Shown here one piece after another: positions 1-10,160 of a DNA stretch of 45,960 nt. This stretch comes from Chromera velia. Lineage: Eukaryota. Position 1 is the first letter of the stretch. Every line of letters starts with the position of its first letter. Both the position numbers and the translations under genes were made by a program. Under the pieces are notes generated by a model, which was given only the letters and a program-made list of their open reading frames with translations, searched no databases and was not told the origin of the DNA. Location of the stretch: positions 1-45,960 of the forward strand of contig JAHBMJ010000504.1 of the NCBI GenBank assembly GCA_018398765.1, read 5' to 3'.

Positions 1-66
1 GGCAGACAGACAGACAGACAGACAGACAGGCAGACAGACAGACAGACAGACAGACAGACAGGCAGA
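1..66 (+). repeat. (GACA)n microsatellite
   Basis: Directly visible. Confidence 0.95.
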
Positions 67-498
67 AAGGTGGAGCATTCGTCAGGCTGAGACAAATTAA
101 TACAAGAGACGCCCCTCTTGCTCTTTGTCTCTTCTTCTCAGTACCGTATGTCGAGGATCTCTTACATTAGTCCAGTGCATGCACGCCTGCGCTCTCAACG
201 TGGATCGGCTAAGAGCATGGAAGCACGAAGGTGGAAGGAGAGGGAGGGTTCTTTTGAAAAAGGACCGTGATGCATATACATTCTCTTTTGAGTTGGCTCC
301 TCCACCCACTCTTTCATATGCTTTTTGGCTAAGCAAACGGCTGCCTGGCGATTTGCTGCCTGACTGCGTCTTAGATTCACCTCTGAACGGAACCGTAGCC
401 CATCGACTGACTGACTGACTACTAAGTGACCGACCAAACGACTCCTTGACTGAGCGACTGACTCACTGAGTGACTGAATGTCCGTTTGCCTGCCTCAC

Positions 499-918
499 TC
501 ACTCAATGTCATGCACTTTCCCCGACAGACAAATGGACCATTGATATATGTAGTTGAGTTCGCCTGTGCCGTGAGCATTGCATCGCATGCGTACTGCCTG
601 TACTCGCTTCTCAGCGTGTGGTTGCGCATCGCCTCGAAGGACGTCGCTGCATTCAAACGACCGAGCATAGTGACAGGTGTACATGTGAACCGAGACAGCG
701 TTTTGGCGCAATTTGTTGGTGCGGAAGAAGAGCGGTGGCTGTAGGCAGGTAGACGGATCAACCAACCGACTCACCGACCGACCTTCGTACACCTTCTTGT
801 GAAGCCTCCCATCCTCTGCCTCTGCTTCTGCTCTGTACACCGTCTTTGCAGATGCCGAGCCACATAGGGAGCAAAGCGTAAAAAGAATAGGGAAAGCAGA
901 CCACGTCGAAGGAAACAT
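499..918 (-). CDS. Hypothetical secreted protein with N-terminal signal peptide; exon structure uncertain and probably continuing to ~97-405
   Basis: ATG at 916-918 starts MFPSTWSAFPILFTLCSLCGSASA|KTVY, a hydrophobic core with an A-S-A cleavage site. The frame is open to 499, a GTGAGT donor lies near 502, and open frames follow at 97-405. No recognisable homology. Confidence 0.45.
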   Translation of the reverse strand: MFPSTWSAFPILFTLCSLCGSASAKTVYRAEAEAEDGRLHKKVYEGRSVSRLVDPSTCLQPPLFFRTNKLRQNAVSVHMYTCHYARSFECSDVLRGDAQPHAEKRVQAVRMRCNAHGTGELNYIYQWSICLSGKVHDIE

Positions 919-1170
919 TCTCAAATTTGGTCTGTTTTACGTGAAGTGTATATACGTCAGAGAAGAAGTCCGTACGGTCGATGCAGAAGACGACATGACT
1001 GACACGCCTTCAGAAAAGCTAGTTTGCGAGTCAGCATTGAAGGCAGGCAGGCAGACAGACAGACAAGACTCCTATAGCTGCAATCCACCGACCCTCTCAC
1101 TTATATATGACACGTCAACTTAGAGTTGACTGTTGCTGCTGCATGGGGGGCTCGGACAGTACCGATATAC

Positions 1171-1189
1171 TGCATGCATGCATGCATGC
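1171..1189. promoter_or_regulatory. Overlapping TGCATGCA palindrome run (candidate ApiAP2-type site)
   Basis: TGCATGCATGCATGCATGC lies ~250 bp upstream of the minus-strand ATG at 918. TGCATGCA is a known ApiAP2-bound motif in apicomplexans; function here is inferred. Confidence 0.35.
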
Positions 1190-1671
1190 GTTTTGAGCGC
1201 ATATATATATGCAACTGCATGCGGAAAAATTAAGCTTTTAATTACTTTTAAAGACAAAGTTTGTTCGCGCGCATTCGCGCGCGAAGGCAAGTGTGAGAGT
1301 TACGTTTGTGCTGTGTTACCATGAGGTCATTGAGGTGTACGAAGGCAGTGGAAATTGGCTCGCGTGATAGATGGTTGCACATAGCAATATGAACACGTAC
1401 CGGTATCATGAGTCCCTGGACCGTGTCAAATAAAACTAGAAAGGAAAAGACGGGAGGAAAAAGGCCTTACCCTATATTTTAACCAAAGAGCACGCCGAGA
1501 AACTATTGATTACTATTGTCAAACTCAGTATCTGCTACTATCCGGAGAAACAAATATTCTGCCGTTCAGCCTACGGTTCCGACTTAAATCAGCCATGCTA
1601 TCGTGGCTCCTGCCCACATCTGCATGAGCGAGGTATCCTGCCAGGGGATGCCGGAACCGCTGAGTGGAACG

Positions 1672-2215
1672 TTATGAAAGTAATGAGGGATGGTGGCTAG
1701 GCGGTTTACTAGCGACTGCGTTATTGGAAGTGAGATTCGCTAGCTTAGCAGACTAGACGAACTCTGTAGACGGAAGGTGAACGTTTATGAATTGAGTCTG
1801 CGTTGGAACATGGTGACACACATACGAGCGCGCTCAGAGCCACACAAAGCAAACTCCCACTTCATGCTTAATGTAGTACTGCAATCTGTGAATCCAATAG
1901 CTTTCTGTTCTCTTCATTCTCTTCATTCTGCATTTCCTACAAGATGTACTGAATGCAGACAACCTGTCAGTTTGATTGTGTTTCAGTGGGCGTGCCTCTG
2001 TATCGCATCGTATGCATGCAAACCGCATGCGCAGTACAACGATTCAATGCATGCGTTAATTCAGTCGCGTTACTCGCGTAATGCGCGCCGACCAGCAAGA
2101 TAGAAGAAGGAAATATCAGGTCTTACGGAAATAAAGCAATAAATACCAAAGAAATTCGAAGCGGTGTTTCGCGAATGCGGAGAATGCAGTAAGACCGGAG
2201 CAGATAGGATCATAA
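1672..2215 (+). repeat. ~540-bp direct duplication, copy 1
   Basis: Aligns to 3480-4030 with 27 substitutions over the ~533-bp ungapped core (~95% identity, counted by hand) plus a short indel at the 3' end. Confidence 0.95.
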
Positions 2216-3479
2216 GCGCATTGTTTCTTTTTTGCCTGGAAGGCAGCGAGCTTTCTGTATCTCTTTCTTTGTCTGTCAGGTAGTGACTGAGAGCGATCGA
2301 TCTGGACTTTGCAAGTAATTTTTTTTTTCTCAACTGCATGCTGCGTGGCGAACAGCCGAAGAGGCATCACTCCCTTCAGAACAGCGGCTCACGACTTGAT
2401 TCCCAGACTTTCAACTGCAGAACGATCACGCTGATACTACGCAACGGTTCCCGGCCTAGACTTTTATTTCTTTCCTCCACTTATACCGTTAATCGATCAG
2501 AAAATACAGAGATGAAACACCGTGTATCTCCCTCCTTTGCGCTCTATTCCTTTCTCATTTAAGGATATGAAAGAGTACGAGTCAGTGCAGAGTGGCTGTC
2601 TTCAAAAACAGAGCATGATGAGTGGATGCAAACGAGAATACACATGATGGAGCTCGTCGGAAAGCTGTGCCGTCAATGCGCTCTTTGATTTGCTCCACTA
2701 GGGACAGACCAAGGCATTTCCTTCATCAGCACTGTCCATCAGACATACATAAGCCAGCACAAAGGCGAAGCATGCAAGAGACCCCCTTTCACACCCTCGT
2801 CAGATTGGGATAAGCAGATAAGAATACCAGCAAAGAACAAGAAAAGACGCAAAAGCATCACACAGCCTCATCCGCACGCTCTTTTCCTTCTTTTCCTTCT
2901 CTTTCTTTCAAGTTGCTTTCGGATTAGATGCTGTTTGTCTATCTTGGAACAGTTGAGTGCGGCAGCAAAGAAGAATGTGATGTACCGTCAATGAGAGGAG
3001 TCCATGCTCTCTAGGTCAACCATCATTTCCTTTTAAGCAAGGTATTTTCTTCCCAGCCTCACTCTTTTCCCAACAAGAACAAACAAACATACATGAATGT
3101 GTCTTTGTGCTCGCATGAAGCGACGATGACGCTCACGGGTTTCTTCGTGGATCTTGTGTAGAATCCTCTCCTCACGGCTCATACTTGTGGTCTTGGTCAT
3201 ACGTATGAAGCCAGCAGAAGCCAGTGAACTCGAAGTGGTGAATAATGACGATCTCCAGGACTTGGTCATCCCATGACTTTTCCATGAATGGAGCGACTGG
3301 TAGAAGACCTCGAACAAACAGACTCCAAGCTCCGAGCCTCCGACACGTGTTCCTCCTTTCAGCATGTATCGGTATCATGCTGGACTGCTTTCAAGAACCA
3401 TACAAGAAGACTCAAACATTGTCCGGACTTTCTGAGAAGTTTTTTTGCGAAGGGGACACTCCCCACTTCCGTCACCAAA

Positions 3480-4030
3480 TTATGAAAGTAATGAGGGATA
3501 GTGGCTAGGCGGTTTACTAGCGACTGCGTTATTGGAAGTGAGATTCGCTAGCTTGGTAGACTAGATGAACTCTGTAGACGGAAGGTGAACATTTATGAAT
3601 TGAGTCTGCGTTGGAACATGGTAACACACACACGAGCGTGCTCAGAGCCACACAAAGCAAACTCCTACTTCATGCTTAACGTAGCACTGCAATCTGTGAA
3701 TCCAATACCTTTCTGTTCTCTTCATTCTCTTCATTTTGCATTTCTTACAAGACGTAGTGAATGCAGACAACCTGTCAGTTCGATTGTATTTCAGTGGGCG
3801 TGCCTCTGTATCGCATTGCATGCATGCAAACCGCATGCGCAGTACAACGATTCAATGCGTGCGTTAATTCAGTCGCGTTACTCGCGTAATGCGCGCCGAC
3901 CAGCAAGATAGAAGAAGGAAATGTCAAGTCTTATGGAAATAAAGCAATAAATACTAAAGAAATTCGAAACGGTGTTTCGCGAATGCGGAGAATGCAGTGA
4001 GACCGGAGCAGAATCTAACAGGATTATAAG
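3480..4030 (+). repeat. ~540-bp direct duplication, copy 2
   Basis: Runs TTATGAAAGTAATGAGGGA...GACCGGAGCAGA as in copy 1 at 1672-2215 and ends about 17 bp before the TIR element. Confidence 0.95.
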
Positions 4031-5217
4031 AACGTACCACAGCTGCATATAGGCTTGTGCCTTTAAAAGTGGACTTTTGCCCTCAAGTCGGACTTTTAAA
4101 AACATGATTCATACTATAAAAGTTTTTCTTATATCTTGACCTAGATCTTGAATGATCCTGAATGGTCAAAACTATAATAAACTATAAGAGATTTAATATC
4201 CCAAAAAGTTTTTATGTCTAAAAAACTTTAAAACAAAAATGTATGGAGTTAAATCCTGCGGCATGTTATAGAAAAGCAATGGTCCAATTAAATTTCTCTG
4301 AGTTTGGGTCGTTTGGTTGATCTAAAACCTAATTGAAAGGTACCGAGATTCTTAGTGTTTTTTTGTCATTTCACAATTATCCTTACTAAGGTTTATTTAC
4401 CCTTACTTATAGCCAACACAGTTATGTACAATTATAAACTACGATTGATCAACCAATAAGAAAAAAAAAAACAATCAAAGGAAATCAAAAGAAAACACTA
4501 GACACTTACAGAAGTCGTGAGACTAAAAAAAGTCTAAAGAAAGCACACAAAACCACAAGCCAATCCGCCAAGCATACCTAAGGATGTGTATGGTGCCAGG
4601 CAAGTTGCACACACATTGCATGGGAGGAGGGCGCACGCGCGGCGCGCATTAATGCATTGTCAGGCCCCCGGCCCGCAGGGCGCCGCGCACGCGATTTTGG
4701 CCCCGGCTGCATGCATGACCTGTGGCGGGGCATGCTGGGGCCCTCGACGGCCGGAAAAGCCGATTTTGCTCAAATTCAACAAATGAGAAATTAATTGGCT
4801 TTCTATATATATATATACATATATATATACACACATGGCATTCCAGCTGCTGGAAAAAGAATACTTCATCAATTAACAGCGTGTGAGTCATTTCAATGAT
4901 TCGGTTTCATGCCGAGCGCTCCCGGAGAGCTTCTGGGTGGGTGAGGAGCACTTTGGTTCGGAAATGAAGGCTTGGACTGACGGGCTCGAGGACCAAGCTC
5001 GAGGAGATCATGGACATGCTATTCAAATACGTGCGGAGGGCCGACCTGAGCAACACCGGGAGAAAGGGGGCTAGGAGGCCTCTATCAACTCAAGCAAGTC
5101 CATTTGGTAGGGAAAGATAGCTCTTGATGAGAGGAATCACGACAATGGTTTTGTATCATACATACATATAAATAATTTCAACCCATGCATGACAGGCCGA
5201 CACATGCCAACACAGCA

Positions 5218-5540
5218 TCCCGTGGGTCGTTTAAGGAAGCAAGAATCGAGCTTTGGGGTTCCAAAGAAGCAAGTTATCAATTGCTAGAAACCTGTTTTCT
5301 TATACGGTCTGTGTGACGATTTCAAAATTTTTACCGAGGAAGGGCCGATCTCAGTAAAAATGGATAAACCCATGACAGACTGACAGTGCGTCCCCTGGGT
5401 TGTCTAAGAAAGCAAGAATCGAGCTTTGGGGTTCCAAAGAAGCAAGTTATTAATTGCTGGAAGCTTGTTTTCTTATACGGTCTGTGTGACGATTTGGAAA
5501 TTTTTACCGAGGAAGGGCCGATCTCGGTAAAAATGGGTCT
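5218..5540 (+). repeat. Tandem duplication with 173-bp period inside the TIR element
   Basis: 5218-5365 matches 5391-5538 (AAGCAAGAATCGAGCTTTGGGGTTCCAAAGAAGCAAGTTAT..TTTTTACCGAGGAAGGGCCGATCTCRGTAAAAATGG) with about 12 mismatches. Confidence 0.92.
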
Positions 5541-5885
5541 GTCCATATTTTGACCCAAATCAGCCCCTTCCTGGTAGAATTTTCGAAATTATGACAAAGA
5601 CAGGCTAACTTGGCAGGCATCCAGAGTTTCTGTGTTCACTTCTTATGCACTTTGTGTTCCGTTCCTTGCCTCCTCAGTCTGTCCAGGAGACCCATGATGT
5701 GGAATCTCTCTTTGGTCGACCTGATTCTCATGCAGATATATACTTGCATGTGATGTTGCATGCAGGTACGTCTTCAATTGTGCTTCAAGTACTTGGACAA
5801 TCGTAGGAGCCTCGAGCAGAAGTCTAGCGATGGTCAGTCTTGTTTCAGTGAGTCTTGGTTGAATTCCTTGATCTTGGTTAGTCGT

Positions 5886-6137
5886 GGATAAAAATGCGGG
5901 TGGGTCTGGGGGGGGGGGCGCATTTTTACCGACAACGGCCCCTGCTCAGTAAAAATGCACCCCCCCTACTCCCACTTTGAAATTTTTTTGTGTCTGTTGT
6001 ATGTCAAAAAGATGTTCTCTGTCCTTTTGTGTGCTGCTTTGTATGCACCACCACCCCCAGCCCCCTGCATTTTTACCGAGGAGGGGCTGTTGTCGGTAAA
6101 AATACGCCCCCCCTCAGACCCCCCTGCATTTTTACCC
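5886..6137. mobile_element. MITE-like foldback unit with ~72-bp inverted arms, nested in the TIR element
   Basis: 5886-5959 is approximately the reverse complement of 6066-6137 (GGxTAAAAATGC..GGGTCTG(G)n CGYATTTTTACCGACAACRGCCCCT.CTCRGTAAAAATGCA), with a ~105-bp spacer. No clear TSD. Confidence 0.6.
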
Positions 6138-6320
6138 AGATCACGTACTTTCCTCTGCTTTTACACCCCTGCTCTCCTTTCTTTTTATTGCAGTCCACCC
6201 TGTTTGACAGTGTTGTTTCTGTATTGTGGTGGTGTTCTCTACTGCTGCTAAGTAGAGGTCTGAACTGTTAGACAGGAACCTCTCTTGTCCGAGCCTCAGC
6301 ATACCTATATCTGTGTCTAC

Positions 6321-6562
6321 CTCTCCCTCCCTCTCCCTCTCCCTCTCCCTCTCTCCCCCCCCCCCCCCCCCNNNNNNNNNNNCCCTTCTCTCTCTCTCTC
6401 TCTCCCTCTCTCCCTCTTTTCTCTCCTCGTGCCTTTTTCTATGAGTTCTTCATTCACTCTTTCTGTCACGTGTTCTCTCTCTCTCTCTCTGTGTGTGTGT
6501 ATGTGTGTGTGTGTATGTGTGTGTGTGTGTGTATGTGTGTGTGTGTGTGTGTATGTGTGTGG

Positions 6563-6593
<31 letters not shown>
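6321..6593 (+). repeat. C/CT-rich and (TG)n simple repeats around the assembly gap (N at 6372-6382)
   Basis: Directly visible. Confidence 0.93.
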
Positions 6594-8018
6594 CATCCAT
6601 GACCGTATGTGTCCGTGTGTATCTGTGTCTGTATCGATGTACGCCGGTGTCCACAAGCTGATGCAAGCATGTTTGGTTATGTGTATACATCATGGTCTGT
6701 TTGACTTCTTTCTCCCCTCCTTCTCTCCCCTTATCTCCCTATATCTCTCTCTATCTGTCCCTCCGTCTCTGCTCTGACATCGACTCGAAGTCCTCTCGGC
6801 ACCTCCCTTTCCGCCTCCTCCCGGTATTTCTCCTTCCTCCCTGTTTCATCTTCACTTTCTCTTTTGTTTTTCTCCATTTATCTCTCCTTTAAATTATCTC
6901 AATCTTGTATATATTTGCTCTGTTTTTCCTTTTCTCAATCCTGTCATACAGACTCTCGACTGTGACTTCCTCTTTGGACTCGCTTCTCTCCTCCCTATAG
7001 TGACTGTCCCCTCCTCTTTCTATATCCCCAAAGCTCCCTAGCCAAGCTCTTTTTACCTGCTCTCCTCCCCCCTTCTTTTTTTCTTCTCTCTTGGAGTCTT
7101 TTTTCTGTCTCTTTCTTCTCTTTTTGACTTCTCACTAGAGGAAATCCCCCACTGAAATCATGCCTCTTTCTTTTCTCTCTGTTGCCATGTAAATTACTCT
7201 TTCCTTTCCAGTCGCTATGCCATTGGTTTAAACCGTATGAATCTTGTGTGAGGGTATGTATGCAGCTACATTCCTTCCTGATTTGAAAGTTGTAGATCGA
7301 TAAGCAACGACCTGCGCCAATCGGATTCGCTTTAGATGCAACCTCTAGCCCGGGATGTTATTTTTGCTTGAAGTTTACGTGTTTCCATGTACATGCATGT
7401 AAATGACAGCTAAACTATGCTGAAACATTTAACTTTGAAACACTTGTATCAGCTGCTGGGTTCGACGCGCGTGCGCTAGAGAGCTAGGTGTGCGCAAGCT
7501 GTTTTGAAGTTAGATCCCAGGCCGGCTTCTTTTTAAAAAATTCAGTGACATGCATTTATGAAAAATAATTTAAAAATTTAATTTGTTTAGCACTTAAAGC
7601 GCGGATCTGAGTCGGATCATCTGACAAAGCAGTTTTCTAGTTTTTATTACTAATTACTAGTAATAGAATATTAAATATTTTGTAAAAAAAATATTTATAA
7701 TTAACTTTTAAACCACTATAAACCACTCAGTTCAGATAAACTAGATTTCAAAGGAATTTAAGATTGCATGACAGTGTATTAGTTTCTATAAAATGTGCCA
7801 CATTGTATATGACTGATATAGTTATATTATATTTTTTTATAAATAATTAGTTGATGAATAAATAATGTATGATCATCAGATTCTCTTTCATTTTCAATTA
7901 TATGGTATTAGGTAGAAGATTTCAAATTTAGGCTAAAATTTAGGCTTTTTTGAATGAGTTAACATAAAAGTCCGACTTGAGGGCAAAAGTCCACTTTTAA
8001 AGGCACAAGCCTATATTA

Positions 8019-9263
8019 TCGCACGGACGTGGGCGGGCAGGACATAAGGGGGGTCCTAATTAAACTGGACCCCGCCACCCACACTGCACGATTTTGGCCT
8101 CGTATGGGGAAAGGAGAAGAGAGCCCTGCCTTCCTTTCTTCCCGCTTCTGAACCCCATCCAACTCACCTAGGAGACGTCAGTTCGCCTCTCTAGACTCTC
8201 TCTAGCTACTTGGTGCAGAAAAAACGACTCCAATACACATAGGGAGTGCAAAGAATAGACGTTTGAGCTCTGACACCTGAAGAGGCCAAAGAGGCCTCCC
8301 TGGACTCAGAAGTGAATAAAGGGCTATGATGCATTAATAATGATAAAATGCATACCGACACACTCCATCTGGTCCAGGTAACTTAGTTCCAACAGGAGAT
8401 AACGAATGGTTGGTGCACTGTGGACTTCAAGTGACAAGTCTGCCCAGGAACAGAAAGATACACTCCAGGGGGCAGCCTATGTGAAATCGCTGGAAGACCT
8501 TTCTCTTTCTTGAGTGCCTCCAACCTGTATCCAGCGTACAGAGGTACTGCCCAACATGCAGACGATCATGTCTAGAGGGAATGAGCAAGACAGAACGACC
8601 TACCCGGGGAAGTGGAAGTCGATCAATGCTCCAGAGACGTCACTTCACCACAACAAAGACACAAAAGAATTTCACCTTCCCACAACCAGCAGACACACCA
8701 ACAACCCATCCCACTGCCCTGGAAGGATGTCAACTGATAAGAAGCACTGGGCAAAATTGTCGGGAATCAATTTCGGGGCCTCCTGGTGAAAAGAAGGAAT
8801 ATTGCTCAGGAGGCCAGAAGGGCTAATTCCTGACTGTTCGCAGTATGAACTGCCAAACCCATCCAAGCAGACCAGCGGTGCAACAAGACTTCACCCTGAC
8901 ACAGACACAAGCTGTCTAGTCTTAAAGAAGGGGAATGGTGCGACTTTTACCACCAATACTGCTCTGGACAACAAGAAGGAAAGCAAGGCAAGAGGGAACG
9001 AACTTGGCCCCCTGCAGACATCTGTGAGCTTTCTGAGGTTTTTTCAGATATTTTGGTGATTTTGAGGGTGACCCCGGAAAATTGTGGTCAAAATTTTGCC
9101 AGATTTGAAATGCTGGGGTCCTGACGATCATTTTGGTAGGTCGCGGGCCTCTGGGGGCACCGGGGCCGCCAGATAAGGCCATACTGCACGTTTTTGGCTT
9201 CGTATGGGGTCCTACCGTTTAATTAAGACCCCCCTCATATCCCGCCCGCCCATGTCCGTGCGA
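8019..9263. mobile_element. Second non-autonomous TIR element, ~1.25 kb, with 47-bp imperfect TIRs
   Basis: 8019-8065 TCGCACGGACGTGGGCGGGCAGGACATAAGGGGGGTCCTAATTAAAC matches the reverse complement of 9217-9263 at 42/47 positions. A ~30-bp direct repeat lies inside both ends (about 8080-8109 and 9180-9209). Confidence 0.78.
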
Positions 9264-10116
9264 TGCATAACAATACCTACATGGCATGATCATGATACAT
9301 GATGGCAGCCTCTATACTTGTATATATAAGGCTGATTATAAATAGTTATTTAAAAAAATCTGCAGTTCGTAGAGATATATAGTGCATTGTATATATAATT
9401 TTAGATATAGTTTTACAATATCTTTTCTGGTACCTAGTCTGGTACTAGTTTCTGGCATCTTTTGCTTTTATTGTCGTACTTCATGATAGTTATATAATTA
9501 ATTTCATATTTTTTGAAGTTAATCTTCGGTTATTATGCAGACAGTCAATTTTTATTGAAATTCATTTATTTGAATTATTTCATATTCTTCCAATAATTTC
9601 ATTGAATTGCATGCAGCCGGTTGTCTGCTGTCTAGACCATGCAAGCTGGTCAGCCAGTATAGATTCCTTTTTCTTTTGCTGATTCCTTTCTTTTCATCGA
9701 TTTCAGCAGTCGACAGCAGAGAGGAGTGTCATGTCAGCGTCGTTCTGTCAACAGACGCACCACATGGAAGCAAAGGCCGTCAGTGCATTCCTTTTCTACG
9801 CGGGCAGGACGGCTGTATGCATGTCGAAGAGAAGAGAGGCGTGTGAGTGGAGAAGGGCGATGTATGGGTGAGAGAGAGGAGGGGGTGGTAAGAAGAGAAG
9901 TCTTGGTTCGGCCGACCACAACCCAGCCGGACTGACAGGCAGACACACTCCACGCATGCACGCATCGATTCAGACATGGACATGGAAACTGCAGTCCGCA
10001 CCCTCCCCTCCCTCCCCCCCATTTCTCGTCCACGTCTGTCCGTAACCATACATCCACCGCATCACCCCACCTGCACCCAACACCCACTGCTTTCCATGTT
10101 CTTGCATGCCCGTCAA

Positions 10117-10160
<44 letters not shown>

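Larger units (their letters stand above)
4047..8016. mobile_element. Non-autonomous DNA transposon-like element with perfect 48-bp TIRs, ~3.96 kb
   Basis: 4051-4098 AGGCTTGTGCCTTTAAAAGTGGACTTTTGCCCTCAAGTCGGACTTTTA is the exact reverse complement of 7965-8012. Both ends are flanked by ATAT (4047-4050, 8013-8016). Subterminal zones are AT-rich, no transposase ORF is present, and the element spans the N gap. Confidence 0.82.

Noticed and set aside
2860..3365. Possible minus-strand gene fragment (MTKTTSMSREERILHKIHEE..)
   Set aside because: A donor-like GTATGT follows, but the next segment hits stops and no homology is recognisable, so it is too weak to call.
1672..4030. Canonical LTR retrotransposon
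   Set aside because: No TG..CA termini, PBS, PPT, TSD or gag/pol remnants were seen. It is kept only as a direct duplication.
8514..9059. ORFs inside element 2 as a transposase
   Set aside because: They are short and interrupted by a stop, with no DDE, tyrosine-recombinase, RT or Rep motif recognisable.
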